From Candidatus Magasanikbacteria bacterium RIFOXYC2_FULL_42_28 (GTDB lineage Bacteria; Patescibacteriota; Patescibacteriia; Magasanikbacterales; GWA2-37-8), in contig MFQZ01000009.1 in assembly GCA_001784435.1 (NCBI GenBank), positions 11,324 to 75,323 of the forward strand: 64,000 nt of DNA, written 5' to 3'. This document shows positions 9,349 through 19,711 of this stretch, piece after piece. The translations under genes and the position numbers were made by a program. Numbering within the stretch: position 1 is the stretch's first letter; every line of letters begins with the position of its first letter. The notes under the pieces are model-generated. The model was given only the letters and a program-made list of their open reading frames with translations, ran no database searches and had not been told where the DNA came from.

Positions 9349-10857
9349 ATGTTTTTCAAACTCCAAACCGCCGCCACCGTCGGCCTAGACGCTCGCCCCG
9401 TTGATGTAGAAGTAGACATCAGCAAAGGCCAAACGATGTTCAACATCGTCGGCCTCGCCGACACATCCATCAAAGAAGCGCGCGACCGCGTCCATTCGGC
9501 TTTGAAAAATTCCGGATTTAATTATCCGTTTAATTTTCGGATTTTAATAAATTTAGCGCCGGCGGATTTACCAAAAGAAGGCACGGGCTATGATTTGCCG
9601 ATAGCGGTTGGACTGATTGCCGTGTCGCAAAACATCGCTTTGAATACCGCGGACTCCTTGCTCGTGGGACAGTTGGCATTGGACGGTGCCGTGCGCCACA
9701 CCCCCGGGATTTTACCAATGGCGGTGTATGCCAAATCCGCCGGTTGTCGCGCCTTGTATGTGCCGGCAATGGACGCGCCCGAGGCGGCGCTCGTGCGGGG
9801 TCTGACAATTTATCCGGTCAAAAATTTAACGCAGATAATGGATCATTTAACCGGCAAAGATTTAATCGCGCCCTATGTGGCCGAAGCACCAGCGCCATTT
9901 ATCGCGGACGCGGGCGGGTTAGATATGAGCATGATTAAAGGCCAAGAATTCGCCAAGCGCGCGTTAGAAGTCGCGGCCGCCGGTGGCCATAATATTTTGT
10001 TGTCCGGCCCACCCGGTTCGGGAAAAACTTTGCTCGCCCGCACTTTGCCTTCTATCTTACCACCACTACTCACTGACGAAGCATTAGAAATTACCAAAAT
10101 TTATTCTATCGCTGGCCTGTTGCCATCTGGTTTAATTATGGAACGACCATTTCGCGGACCACACCACACCATTTCGCATGTCGCGCTTGTGGGCGGTGGA
10201 AGATGTCCGCGCCCGGGCGAAATTTCACTGTCACATCGCGGGGTTTTATTTTTAGATGAATTTCCGGAATTTCCGCGCACAGTTTTGGAGGCGCTCCGCC
10301 AACCTTTGGAAGATGGTCAAATTACCATTGCCCGCGCGCACGGCTCTTTAACTTTTCCCGCGCGTTTTATTTTAGTGGCCAGTCAAAATCCGTGCCCCTG
10401 TGGCTACAATTCGGACCCCGACAAGGCCTGCACTTGCTCATCAGCGCAAATTTCCAATTACACGCGCAAAATCAGTGGACCGATTTTGGATAGAATTGAT
10501 TTACAAGTAGAAGTCCCCCGCGTGCCGTTTGAAAAATTATCCGATTCGTCTTTGGCCGAATCATCGGCCGTGATTGCCGAGCGCGTGCGCGTGGCGCGTG
10601 ACCGCCAAACCGAACGACTGGCCAACACCAAAATTTTAACCAACAGCGAAATGGGTAATGCCGAAATTCGCGCTCATTGCCAATTAGACAAAGAATCCGT
10701 GGCGCTACTCCGTAGCGCGGTTGACCGCTTACATTTATCCGCGCGAGCGTATGGCCGAATTTTAAAATTGGCCAGGACGATTGCAGATTTGAATGCGCGT
10801 GAGAATATTGAGGTGGTGGATATTGCGGAGGCGCTACAGTATCGGGGGAAGGAGTAA
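9349..10857 (+). CDS. comM: YifB/ComM-family Mg-chelatase-like AAA+ ATPase
   Basis: INLAPADLPKEG, GPPGSGKTLLAR, RPGEISLSHRGVLFLDEFPEF, NPCPCG. Confidence 0.9.
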   Translation: MFFKLQTAATVGLDARPVDVEVDISKGQTMFNIVGLADTSIKEARDRVHSALKNSGFNYPFNFRILINLAPADLPKEGTGYDLPIAVGLIAVSQNIALNTADSLLVGQLALDGAVRHTPGILPMAVYAKSAGCRALYVPAMDAPEAALVRGLTIYPVKNLTQIMDHLTGKDLIAPYVAEAPAPFIADAGGLDMSMIKGQEFAKRALEVAAAGGHNILLSGPPGSGKTLLARTLPSILPPLLTDEALEITKIYSIAGLLPSGLIMERPFRGPHHTISHVALVGGGRCPRPGEISLSHRGVLFLDEFPEFPRTVLEALRQPLEDGQITIARAHGSLTFPARFILVASQNPCPCGYNSDPDKACTCSSAQISNYTRKISGPILDRIDLQVEVPRVPFEKLSDSSLAESSAVIAERVRVARDRQTERLANTKILTNSEMGNAEIRAHCQLDKESVALLRSAVDRLHLSARAYGRILKLARTIADLNARENIEVVDIAEALQYRGKE

Positions 10858-10870
10858 ATAAAATTTCAAA

Positions 10871-10969
10871 TTGTCATTTCGACGACGAAGGAGAAATCTC
10901 TATCCCAATCGATTACCAATGGAGATCCCTCGTCCCGACTAAGTCGGGAGTCCTCGCTCGGGATGACAA
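10871..10969. repeat. Family A repeat (intergenic, 99 bp), near-identical to the copy in ychF
   Basis: About 6 mismatches to 61911..62009; nested cccgactaagtcggg palindrome. Confidence 0.92.
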
Positions 10970-10997
10970 AAACCGCCAAACGACTGGCGGTTTTTTC
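10968..10997 (+). terminator. Intrinsic terminator
   Basis: aaaaccgcca-aacgac-tggcggttttttt. Confidence 0.75.
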
Positions 10998-11110
10998 AAT
11001 TGGGGATAACTTCTACTAAAATGTCTTGTGTGTGTGTAGATTAACTGATACCATAAATCTTACCGGGCCCCGTGCAACGCACGGACTTTCCCCGGAGGAG
11101 GAACGAAGCT

Positions 11111-11212
11111 ATGGCGACCAAACACGAGCACCGGCAGAAGACCTACGCGAAGAAGAAGGCCCAGATCAAGAAGATCGACGGCGACACCCGCACGACGAAG
11201 ACGACCGCCTAG
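11111..11212 (+). CDS. 33-aa basic orphan peptide MATKHEHRQKTYAKKKAQIKKIDGDTRTTKTTA
   Basis: GGAGGAGG SD upstream, GC3-rich codons, candidate promoter TTGTGT-17-TACCAT; below the ORF-track size cutoff. Confidence 0.6.
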   Translation: MATKHEHRQKTYAKKKAQIKKIDGDTRTTKTTA

Positions 11213-11475
11213 CTCATCTCGCCGAGCAAAGTGGTCAATGCCCTCAAACACCCCCGCGGGGCCAACGCCCCCAACAAGCCGAACCATTCGGCTGGCTCGC
11301 TTTTCTGGGGGCTGTCGCTCTTTTTTTTCATCGCTCCCACCCAAGCGCTCAGGCCCCCTACATTTTTCAAAATACTATAATAGTGTTGTGAAAAGTATCA
11401 TTGGCCTGAGAAAAAATGTCTGCCTCCGAAAATTAAAAATATCTGCCAAATAAGGCGGATATTTTTTGTTAACAG

Positions 11476-12009
11476 TTATTTAGCCATCGCCAACTGCGTC
11501 GGCACGGGCACAATTTCCGGATAATAAACCTCTACAACCAAACGCTTCACCCCAAACTTCATGGCTTCAGCGCGGGTGGTATCTAACCAAATGTCAAAAC
11601 GTTCACAACCATATTTTTTATTCATCCGGTCAGAAACACGGAGTACCAAATTCTTGTCATATTCAGGGATCTTCACAGCGGTATTATGTTTCAAACAGTT
11701 ATTGGCAATCATGCCATCATATACCTGCTCGCCCCAAGCGGCCGTAAACGGATCATCGTCGGTTTGGCCCTTCGTGCTGGTATAAGCCGTAATTACCCCA
11801 TTTATTGTATAACTTGGCTTTTTATCAATATACGGGTAAAACATGCGGTCGGCCTGGGTTTGGCTTAAAACATGGTTTTTGTCGGTATTTTGGCTAATAT
11901 CAGCCAAAACAGTGGTCGGAATGACAATTTGCCACAAAATAGCGCCCAACATAGCCAAATTATAGGCAATATTGGTATACTTGTGGTTGTTTTTTGGCTT
12001 AAATAACAT
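11476..12009 (-). CDS. 3D-domain (MltA-like) cell-wall protein
   Basis: TAYTS..QTDDDPFTAA, VSDRMNKKY, FDIWL..AMKFGVK; N-terminal TM. Start uncertain. Confidence 0.75.
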   Translation of the reverse strand: MLFKPKNNHKYTNIAYNLAMLGAILWQIVIPTTVLADISQNTDKNHVLSQTQADRMFYPYIDKKPSYTINGVITAYTSTKGQTDDDPFTAAWGEQVYDGMIANNCLKHNTAVKIPEYDKNLVLRVSDRMNKKYGCERFDIWLDTTRAEAMKFGVKRLVVEVYYPEIVPVPTQLAMAK

Positions 12010-12115
12010 ATTTTTAGAAATTAAAAAGGATACCATATACCGGTACCCCTGATTTGCTAACTGAATAGTATAGCACAAATTGGCATTTTTGTCAAGATGA
12101 GGTATAATATCCCTG

Positions 12116-12226
12116 AAATGACAAATGTCAAATTTCCAATTTCCAATCAAATCCAAATTTCCAATATCAAATTAGACATTTTGATTTTGACATTGATTTG
12201 ACATTGGAAATTTGGATTTTGAAATT
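12116..12226 (+). repeat. Family B palindrome in the 5' leader of the PBP gene
   Basis: Lies between the -10 (ggtataat ~12101) and ATG 12235. Confidence 0.9.
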
Positions 12227-12234
12227 ATCACCCC

Positions 12235-15126
12235 ATGCCCATCCCACAGTTACGTCCCCGCAAAACTAGAACTTACGGTATTCTGGGTGATTCTCCTCGC
12301 CGTAATTTTTCGTTTTTAAAAAAATTCCGTTTCCCGCGCTTTTGGCAACGACGCGAAGGTAGTCGCGGTTGGTTAAAAAAATTAATTAAGCCGGCCATCG
12401 CTCTTTTGGCACTTGGTATTATTAGTATTACGGCTATGGTCGCTTGGGTGAGCAGAGATTTACCAGATCCAAATAATTTATCCGGCCGACAAATCGCGCA
12501 AAGCACCAAAATTTACGACCGCACGGGCGAACATTTGCTTTACGAAATTTATCAAAACCAAAAACGCACTACCGTGGAATTAAATCAAATTTCTCCCTGG
12601 GTGGCGAAGGCAACCGTGGCGGTGGAGGACCGATTATTTTACGAACATAGTGGCGTGCGCATAGTCAGCATCATTCGCGCTGGCATAAACAATTTGCTCG
12701 GACGCAGCGCCGGTTCGGGCGGAGCGTCAACTTTGACACAACAATTTATTAAAAACGCCGTGGTCGGCGATGAACATAGTATTTTCCGAAAAATTAAAGA
12801 GGCGATTTTGGCATTGCGACTGGAACGCAAATACAGCAAAGACGAAATCATGAAAATGTATTTGAACGAGGTACCCTATGGTTCCACTAATTACGGTGTG
12901 GAATCAGCGAGTCAAAGTTATTTTAAAAAACCCGCTTCCGAATTAACCTTACCCGAAGCCGCGACGCTCGCCGCGATTGTAAAAGCGCCCACTCGTTATT
13001 TAAACAATCCGGAATCATTACGCGACCGACGTGATTTGGTTTTGCGTTTAATGTTTGATCAGGGAATGATTACGGAGAACGAAAAAACCGAGGCGCAAGA
13101 TTCCGCTCTACGCCTATATCGCAATATCGGCATTATGGAAGCGCCCCATTTTGTCTTATATGTTAAGCAATTGTTAGCCGAACAATTTGGTGAAAGTTTG
13201 GTTGATACCGGCGGACTAAAAATTATCACCACGCTCGATTATGACAAGCAAATCTCCGCGCAAAATATTATAAAAGAACAGGGCGACAAATTCGCCAAGG
13301 ACTCCAACGCCAACAACGCGGCGCTCGTGTCAATTGATCCTAAAACCGGTGAAATTTTGGCAATGGTGGGATCACGCGATTTTGCCAATGAAGAAATTGA
13401 CGGCCAATTTAACGTGGCGATTTTAGGGCGACGTCAACCTGGGTCGTCATTTAAACCGTTTGTGTATTTGGCGGCATTTGAAAAAGGATACACGCCCGAA
13501 ACCGTGCTCTATGACACCATCACCAATTTTGAACAGCGCGCCAATGGCGACGATTATATTCCTAAAAATTACGATGGCAAAGAACACGGACTGTTAACGA
13601 TGCGCACGGCTTTGCAAGGATCGCTTAATATTCCGGCGGTCAAAACCTTGTATTTGGTGGGGCAGGAAAAAGTGATTGATATTGCCAAACGTTTTGGCTA
13701 TACCACTTTGACTGCCGACAAAGTAAAAAATGCCGGCTTGAGTTTGGTATTGGGTGGGGCGGAATTAAATTTGTTGGAACACACCGCGGCCTTTGCCACG
13801 CTCGCCAATAACGGCGTCTATCATAAACCGACCAGCATTTTGAAAGTTACTAACCCCCAAGAAGAAACTTTATTTGAGAAAAAAGAAAACGTGGGCGTCG
13901 AGGCGACAACGCCGGAATTGGCCGCGCTCGTCAGTAATGTTTTAAGTGACAATAACGCGCGCGCATATATTTTTGGCTTAAACAATAATTTAGTGTTACC
14001 GGACCGACCGGTCGCGACCAAAACCGGCACGACCAATGACAACAAAGACGCTTGGACAATGGGGTATACGCCCGCGCTTGCTACGGGTGTGTGGGTGGGC
14101 AACACTATCCCCACGCCAATGAAAGCCGGGGGCAACACTTTGGCCGGAACAATCTGGAATAAATTCATGCGCACAAGCACAACAAATATGCCGGTAGAAA
14201 ATTTCCCCGAAGCGCCAACCAGCACCGCGACCAAACCGATTTTGCGGGGCGCGTCCGGTGGTATTATTTTGAAAATAAATTCCGTGAATGGTAAAATCGC
14301 GGTATCTACCACGCCCGAACATTTAATCGTGGAGAAAAAATATTTGCTACCGCACGATATTTTACATTATGTGATAAAAGACGACCCTGCCGGACCGATA
14401 CCAATGAGCCCGGCCGATGATCCGCAATACAGCCGGTGGGAAGATGGCTTGCGCGCTTGGATTGAAAAATCCGTGGCCGCGGGCGAGCAATTAACTTTGG
14501 AAGAACCGCCGAGCGAATTAGACAATAATCAATCACCGGAATTAGCGCCCATTGTCAAAATTATCACCCCTATCAATGGCCAAATTATTACCAACCGCGA
14601 ATTGTACTTGGAGGCAACCGCTTCGGCTCCGCGCGGGATCAGTCGTGTTACTTTTCTGATTGATGGCGCGCCGGCCGGAACGGTTAATGCTCCACCGTTT
14701 GTGGTAAATTATCAAGCCAAAATTTTAGAAAATGGCCAACATGTTTTGCGCGCTTATGCCGAAGATGATATGGGGAACAGCGCGGTAGCCGAACAACTAT
14801 TTGTATTGGACGCGCCCCAGGGGCCACCGGAATTTGTTTGGGCTGAAAATGATAATTTAAAATTAGAAGCGACTGATTTCCCGCGCGCGCTAAAAATAAA
14901 AGTATACCGCTGGAACGAAGTTAAGGACTTGCGTATATTTTTATACAGCGCCGGCCCCACCAAATATATTTACAATTTCAAACCAAACGAAGACAAAGCC
15001 GAAAACGGCCAATTAAACTTTGAATGGAACACCTATCCGGGCGCGGGCAACTACCAAATTAAGGGGGTGCTGACCGGTAGTGATGGGCAGACAACGGAGC
15101 AAACGCTCGCGGTGACGGTGGAATAA
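12235..15126 (+). CDS. Class A penicillin-binding protein (transglycosylase/transpeptidase) with C-terminal Ig-like domains
   Basis: EDRLFYEH, GASTLTQQ, RKIKE, SSFK (SxxK), SLN, KTGT. Confidence 0.93.
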   Translation: MPIPQLRPRKTRTYGILGDSPRRNFSFLKKFRFPRFWQRREGSRGWLKKLIKPAIALLALGIISITAMVAWVSRDLPDPNNLSGRQIAQSTKIYDRTGEHLLYEIYQNQKRTTVELNQISPWVAKATVAVEDRLFYEHSGVRIVSIIRAGINNLLGRSAGSGGASTLTQQFIKNAVVGDEHSIFRKIKEAILALRLERKYSKDEIMKMYLNEVPYGSTNYGVESASQSYFKKPASELTLPEAATLAAIVKAPTRYLNNPESLRDRRDLVLRLMFDQGMITENEKTEAQDSALRLYRNIGIMEAPHFVLYVKQLLAEQFGESLVDTGGLKIITTLDYDKQISAQNIIKEQGDKFAKDSNANNAALVSIDPKTGEILAMVGSRDFANEEIDGQFNVAILGRRQPGSSFKPFVYLAAFEKGYTPETVLYDTITNFEQRANGDDYIPKNYDGKEHGLLTMRTALQGSLNIPAVKTLYLVGQEKVIDIAKRFGYTTLTADKVKNAGLSLVLGGAELNLLEHTAAFATLANNGVYHKPTSILKVTNPQEETLFEKKENVGVEATTPELAALVSNVLSDNNARAYIFGLNNNLVLPDRPVATKTGTTNDNKDAWTMGYTPALATGVWVGNTIPTPMKAGGNTLAGTIWNKFMRTSTTNMPVENFPEAPTSTATKPILRGASGGIILKINSVNGKIAVSTTPEHLIVEKKYLLPHDILHYVIKDDPAGPIPMSPADDPQYSRWEDGLRAWIEKSVAAGEQLTLEEPPSELDNNQSPELAPIVKIITPINGQIITNRELYLEATASAPRGISRVTFLIDGAPAGTVNAPPFVVNYQAKILENGQHVLRAYAEDDMGNSAVAEQLFVLDAPQGPPEFVWAENDNLKLEATDFPRALKIKVYRWNEVKDLRIFLYSAGPTKYIYNFKPNEDKAENGQLNFEWNTYPGAGNYQIKGVLTGSDGQTTEQTLAVTVE

Positions 15127-15227
15127 TTTTAAAATAAAAATTTTGCAATATTTCTATAACCAAAATGGACTTCTAAAAAAAATTAAGGTATAATATCACC
15201 AACAATTTATTAATTAATTTATCATCT

Positions 15228-15647
15228 ATGATAAATCTGCAAACGGTGGAAAACAAACTCCACCACCCACACGTCGGCCTGCTCCTCACTCGCGTTGCGC
15301 TCGCACTCGTATTTATTCACGCCGGCTGGTTAAAAGTGACCGACATGGATATGGTGCTAACCGGATTCGCCTCCATGGGCTTTCCGGCATTTTTGGCTTA
15401 CTTTGTGTCCTATGCCGAGTTAATCGGCGGTGTTGCCCTGCTACTGGGCTTGGGGGTGCGCTACGTTGGTATCGTGCTCGCAGTTATTATGCTTGTGGCC
15501 ACGAAAGTTCTGTTTGGTAATGGCTTTGGTTTGATGGGGGGCGGTTACGAATACACCCTCATATTAATGTTATTATTGATAGCGGTGGTTACGACCGGTC
15601 CGGGAAAATATTCAGTAGAACAAATGATGAAAAAATCGGCGGTTTAA
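15228..15647 (+). CDS. DoxX-family membrane protein
   Basis: LLLTRVALALVFIHAGWLK, ELIGG, GYEY, GPGKYS. Confidence 0.85.
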   Translation: MINLQTVENKLHHPHVGLLLTRVALALVFIHAGWLKVTDMDMVLTGFASMGFPAFLAYFVSYAELIGGVALLLGLGVRYVGIVLAVIMLVATKVLFGNGFGLMGGGYEYTLILMLLLIAVVTTGPGKYSVEQMMKKSAV

Positions 15648-15662
15648 AATTTTTTTATAACT

Positions 15663-15694
15663 AAAAATATCCCGACTTAGTCGGGATATTTTTT
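15663..15694. terminator. Bidirectional terminator built on cccgacttagtcggg
   Basis: aaaaatatcccgacttagtcgggatattttttt between convergent genes. Confidence 0.8.
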
Positions 15695-15712
15695 TGTAGT
15701 AAAAAACTCAAA

Positions 15713-16828
15713 CTACTGCCGTATCGGCATCACAATATACAAATAACTCTCATCTTTCTCCGGCGCGAGTACGCACGGGCTGTCGGCGTTAATCATCTTC
15801 ATGTACACCCGCTCACCGCGGATGCCATTGAGGCCATCCAACAAATAGCGATGGTTTAAGTTGATATTATTTTCTTCACCCACAATATCCGCGCTAATTT
15901 GGGAACTATATTCGCCGGTTTGGGTGGACGATGACGCGAGCGCGACGCTCTCGCCGGCGAATTTAAATACTACCGCATTAACACCGGTCGTAGAAAACAA
16001 ACTGGCGGCTTTTATTTCTTTGGTTAACTGCGCCAAAGACATACCAGCAGTAGTTTTAAAATCCTTGGGAATAATTTGAGTGTAATCCGGATATTTTCCG
16101 TCCACTAAACGCGACACTAATTGCGCGCCATCGTAATGAATCACTAATTGATTTTCATTAATTAAAATCCGCACGTTTTTTTCCGCTTCTGAGCTGGCCG
16201 CGGATAATAGATGATGGATTTCTTGCGCCGTGCGTCCAGGCACAATTGCTGAAAATGATTCTTCGCCTTGGGTTAATTTAATTTTTTTCTCGGCCAAGCG
16301 ATAACTGTCGGTGGAGGCCATGACAAGCCCTTTAAAACCTTCGGGGTTAAATGAGAAAAACACCCCGGATAATTCCGGACGAATATCGTTGCGCGCGAGC
16401 GCGGGGGTAACTTGCGCCAAACCATTTTTAAAATCTTCGGCTGACACGGTAAAACCATGGCCGTCTTTACTTTGAGGAACAACCGGGAAATCATCGGCCG
16501 GCGAACCCTTAATTTTGGTAGTGGCGCGATCACAGGTTACCACCAGTTCATTATTTACCAACTCCAAATCCACTTTTTCACCCGACAAGAAATTTACAAA
16601 ATCGGCCAATGTTCGTGCCGGCACGGTAAACTGACCTGGCTCATCCACCTTGGCTCGCAAATACGCCACCATTGCCAATTCTAAATTAGTGGCGACTATT
16701 TCCACGGTTTGGGTGTCGGCTTTAATTAAAACATTTCCCAAAATCGGCAGATTAATATTTTTTCCCGCTATCCCACCCACGAGAGATAACACGAGCGCTA
16801 AATTGTCCTTGGTGCATGATAATTTCAT
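15713..16828 (-). CDS. dnaN: DNA polymerase III beta clamp
   Basis: ATNLE, STDSYRLAEK, SRLVDGKYPDY, C-terminal IVMPIR. Confidence 0.97.
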   Translation of the reverse strand: MKLSCTKDNLALVLSLVGGIAGKNINLPILGNVLIKADTQTVEIVATNLELAMVAYLRAKVDEPGQFTVPARTLADFVNFLSGEKVDLELVNNELVVTCDRATTKIKGSPADDFPVVPQSKDGHGFTVSAEDFKNGLAQVTPALARNDIRPELSGVFFSFNPEGFKGLVMASTDSYRLAEKKIKLTQGEESFSAIVPGRTAQEIHHLLSAASSEAEKNVRILINENQLVIHYDGAQLVSRLVDGKYPDYTQIIPKDFKTTAGMSLAQLTKEIKAASLFSTTGVNAVVFKFAGESVALASSSTQTGEYSSQISADIVGEENNINLNHRYLLDGLNGIRGERVYMKMINADSPCVLAPEKDESYLYIVMPIRQ

Positions 16829-16860
16829 ATAATTTATTTATTTTTTGGTAGTGTATTGGT

Positions 16861-17087
16861 TTATTATATCTAATTAATAGTAATAATAAGGGTGGGGATA
16901 GTGGGGATAATTTCGTTTTTTATTTTATCTTAGCCAATTTAGGAGTGGATAATTTTTTTTATTTTTTAATAACTATGATGTGAGTTTGGGGATAACTATT
17001 TGGGTTTGTTTATTTTAAAAATTTGGTGGGGATAGAGGTGTGAGGGTGGGGATAAACTATACGAGTTATCAACAAAGTTATACACAA
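16861..17087 (-). other. oriC unwinding module: DnaA boxes plus DnaA-trios
   Basis: Minus strand TTATCCCCA-CTATCCCCA-CCCT-TAT TAT TAC TAT; about 8 box-like 9-mers in the dnaA-dnaN gap; strand-composition switch nearby. Confidence 0.85.
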
Positions 17088-17088
17088 T

Positions 17089-18462
17089 CTAAACATTATT
17101 AATGTATAATTTTTGCTTAATTAAGTCAATCTCTTGCTTTAATTTAATATCATTTTCTACCTCTCTTTTGATTTTTTCATAAGCATGCATAGCGGTAGTG
17201 TGGTCGCGTCCGCCCAATTCGTCACCAATGGTGGGAAACGAGGTTTTTAATTCTTCGCGCAACATAAACATGACAATTTGGCGCGGGTTAGACAAGCGCT
17301 TTTCCCTATTTTTACTGGTAATTTCATCAAAATTCACATTATAAAACTCACAAACAGCATCAATTACTTGGCGAGGAGCCACCGCATGGCGCATGGAACC
17401 GACAGATAGGCCGGTTAAGAGTGTTTTGATTGATTCTTCGTTTGGTTCCAGGTGTTTTAGGTCGTGGTAAGCGATAATTTTGTTAAGCGCGCCTTCTAAT
17501 TCGCGGATATTGCTTTGGATGGACAGGGCGATTAATTTAATTAATTTTTCTTCTAAAGGAAAGTTTTTTTCAATGGTTTTTTTTCCTAAAATCGCTACGC
17601 GGGTTTCAAAATCAGGCGCCGCCACATCCACGATCATCCCCCACTCAAAACGTGATTTTAAACGGTCTTCCAAGGCCGGAATGGCTTTGGGTGGTCGGTC
17701 AGAAGTTAGGATTACTTGTTTGTTGGCTTGGTGCAGTTCATTAAAAGTGTGGAAAAATGATTCTTGGGTGCCGTCTTTGCCGGCGATAAACTGGATATCG
17801 TCAATTAACAGCGCGTCGGCGGTCCGATAATGATCTTGAAAATTTTTGGCCTCGCCCCCTTTCATTGACGAAATGTAATCATTGGTGAATTTTTCCGCGC
17901 TCACATAGACAATTTGATAATGGGGATTTTTTTTGATTATTTCATTGCCGATTGCTTGGAGCAGGTGGGTTTTGCCTAAACCAACGCCACCGTAGATGAA
18001 AAGCGGGTTGTAGGCCTCGCCCGGGCGATTAGAAACAGCTTGGGCGGCCGCAAACGCGAGCTCAGTGCCACGGCCGACCACAAAATTATCAAAACTATAT
18101 TTGGGATTAAGAGTAAAGCCACCGCTAGTTGGTGTGGTTGCCGGTTTGGTTACGGTCTCGGGTGGTATTTCGGTGTTGGGGGCGGGCGCGGCGCAGGCCT
18201 CGGCAATATTTTTGATGCTATCTATTTTGTATTCTAATTTTTTAATCGGTTTTTCTGTTACTCTTTCTAATGATTTGATAATATGATGATGATATTTTTT
18301 TTCAATCCAGGCCTGGCTGAATGTGCTCGGAACGCAAACCACTACCTGGCCTTCTTGCAGGGTGGTAATGCCGGTATTTTTAAACCAAGTGTTAAAATTG
18401 GCCTTGGAAACCATTAATTCCAGTTCGGCGAGGACGGCTTGCCAGATTTCAAGGTTATTCAT
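17089..18462 (-). CDS. dnaA: Chromosomal replication initiator
   Basis: YNPLFIYGGVGLGKTHL, LLIDDIQF, RELEGAL, GGRDHTT. Confidence 0.98.
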   Translation of the reverse strand: MNNLEIWQAVLAELELMVSKANFNTWFKNTGITTLQEGQVVVCVPSTFSQAWIEKKYHHHIIKSLERVTEKPIKKLEYKIDSIKNIAEACAAPAPNTEIPPETVTKPATTPTSGGFTLNPKYSFDNFVVGRGTELAFAAAQAVSNRPGEAYNPLFIYGGVGLGKTHLLQAIGNEIIKKNPHYQIVYVSAEKFTNDYISSMKGGEAKNFQDHYRTADALLIDDIQFIAGKDGTQESFFHTFNELHQANKQVILTSDRPPKAIPALEDRLKSRFEWGMIVDVAAPDFETRVAILGKKTIEKNFPLEEKLIKLIALSIQSNIRELEGALNKIIAYHDLKHLEPNEESIKTLLTGLSVGSMRHAVAPRQVIDAVCEFYNVNFDEITSKNREKRLSNPRQIVMFMLREELKTSFPTIGDELGGRDHTTAMHAYEKIKREVENDIKLKQEIDLIKQKLYINNV

Positions 18463-18504
18463 AGAAAAATCATTTATAGTGTTCGTATTTTACCATGAAA
18501 ACAA

Positions 18505-18565
18505 AGTTATCCACAACCACGGATAATTCCGTTTTTTGGCTTAATTGGGGATAAGTTGGGGATAA
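18505..18565. promoter_or_regulatory. DnaA-box cluster upstream of dnaA
   Basis: ttatccaca, cacggataa and two tggggataa. Confidence 0.75.
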
Positions 18566-18677
18566 GTGTTATAATATCAAAATATAAATATCAAAAATCA
18601 AAATTCGACCGTTGGGCTTGACAAAACCACAAAAATGTGATATAATAAAGGGGTGATTATTAAAAATATTCAAAAAT

Positions 18678-18854
18678 ATGGTGAAACGTACATATCAGCC
18701 AAAGAAACGCAAACGTTCTAAATCCCATGGTTTTAGAAAACGTATGAAAACCAGCGCCGGTCGGGCGGTTTTGGCTCGTCGTCGTGCCAAAGGACGCAAA
18801 AAATTAACTGTTTCCGATGAAAAGAAAGGCAAATTGTTGCGTAAAAGCCGTTAA
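18678..18854 (+). CDS. rpmH: 50S ribosomal protein L34 (58 aa, basic C-terminal extension)
   Basis: Manual translation [23 protein letters not shown]...[10 protein letters not shown]; promoter TTGACA-17-TATAAT upstream; missing from the ORF track. Confidence 0.95.
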   Translation: MVKRTYQPKKRKRSKSHGFRKRMKTSAGRAVLARRRAKGRKKLTVSDEKKGKLLRKSR

Positions 18855-18934
18855 AATTACTAAAATTAGCGAAAAATCCGGTTTTATGCCGGATTTTGTT
18901 TTTGGATGGTGTTTTGTGTGGTATAATATAATAT

Positions 18935-19339
18935 ATGTTAACCGATCAATATCGTTTAAAAAAAGTGCGGGATTTTAATATGCTCATGGAGCGTGGACGC
19001 TGGGCAGGCGGGGCGCTTTTTACAGTTAAATGGCTTAAATTAGCGGACCCTGGCATCAGATTGCCAAAGGCAATCGGTGCAGGGCCAGAATTGAAAAAAT
19101 TTATAGAGCAATTGCGTTTTGCTTTTGTGGTGGGTTTGAAGGTGAGTAAAAAGGCGGTTGAGCGCAATCGCTTGAAACGTCAGATGCGGGAGGTTGTTAG
19201 ATTGATGATTAAGGATGGGCGAGTTAAAAGCGGGTTTTATGTGATGGTGGTAGCGAAGGGCGAGGCGCTGGGGAAAGAGTATGGTAAAATTGAGAAAGAA
19301 ATTGAGGGTTTATTAAAGAGGATCGGCGTGGCAAGTTAA
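18935..19339 (+). CDS. rnpA: RNase P protein component
   Basis: RLKKVRDF, RFAFVVGLKVSKKAVERNRLKRQMRE; follows rpmH. Confidence 0.92.
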   Translation: MLTDQYRLKKVRDFNMLMERGRWAGGALFTVKWLKLADPGIRLPKAIGAGPELKKFIEQLRFAFVVGLKVSKKAVERNRLKRQMREVVRLMIKDGRVKSGFYVMVVAKGEALGKEYGKIEKEIEGLLKRIGVAS

Positions 19340-19340
19340 T

Positions 19341-19450
19341 AATGTCAAATTTCCAATTTCCAATGTCAAATCAAATCCAAAGCTCAAATTACGAATTTGA
19401 CATTTTGATTTTGACATTGATTTGACATTGGAAATTTGGATTTTGAAATT
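19341..19450 (+). repeat. Family B palindrome between rnpA and yidD
   Basis: Same termini as the other family B copies. Confidence 0.9.
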
Positions 19451-19453
19451 AAT

Positions 19454-19711
19454 ATGCTTGTAAAGAAAATATTGCTGATTCCGCGCGTGGTAGTTTTATT
19501 ATTTATTAGATTATATCAGAAAACAATATCTCCTGATCATGGCATTTTTAAAAATTTATTTCCACATGGGTATTGCCGGTTTTATCCTACCTGTTCTGAA
19601 TATGGTTATCAGGCGATAAAGAAAGGGGGGTTGGTGGTGGGTGGTTTAAAAACTATTTGGAGAATTTTGCGGTGTAATCCGTGGAATAAAGGCGGGGTGG
19701 ATTTGCCATAG
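19454..19711 (+). CDS. yidD: Membrane protein insertion efficiency factor
   Basis: [29 protein letters not shown]. Confidence 0.92.
   Translation: MLVKKILLIPRVVVLLFIRLYQKTISPDHGIFKNLFPHGYCRFYPTCSEYGYQAIKKGGLVVGGLKTIWRILRCNPWNKGGVDLP

Noticed and set aside
11026-11391. 121-aa ORF from the track
   Set aside because: Its start overlaps the candidate promoter; the SD-led 33-aa ORF in another frame explains the region better.
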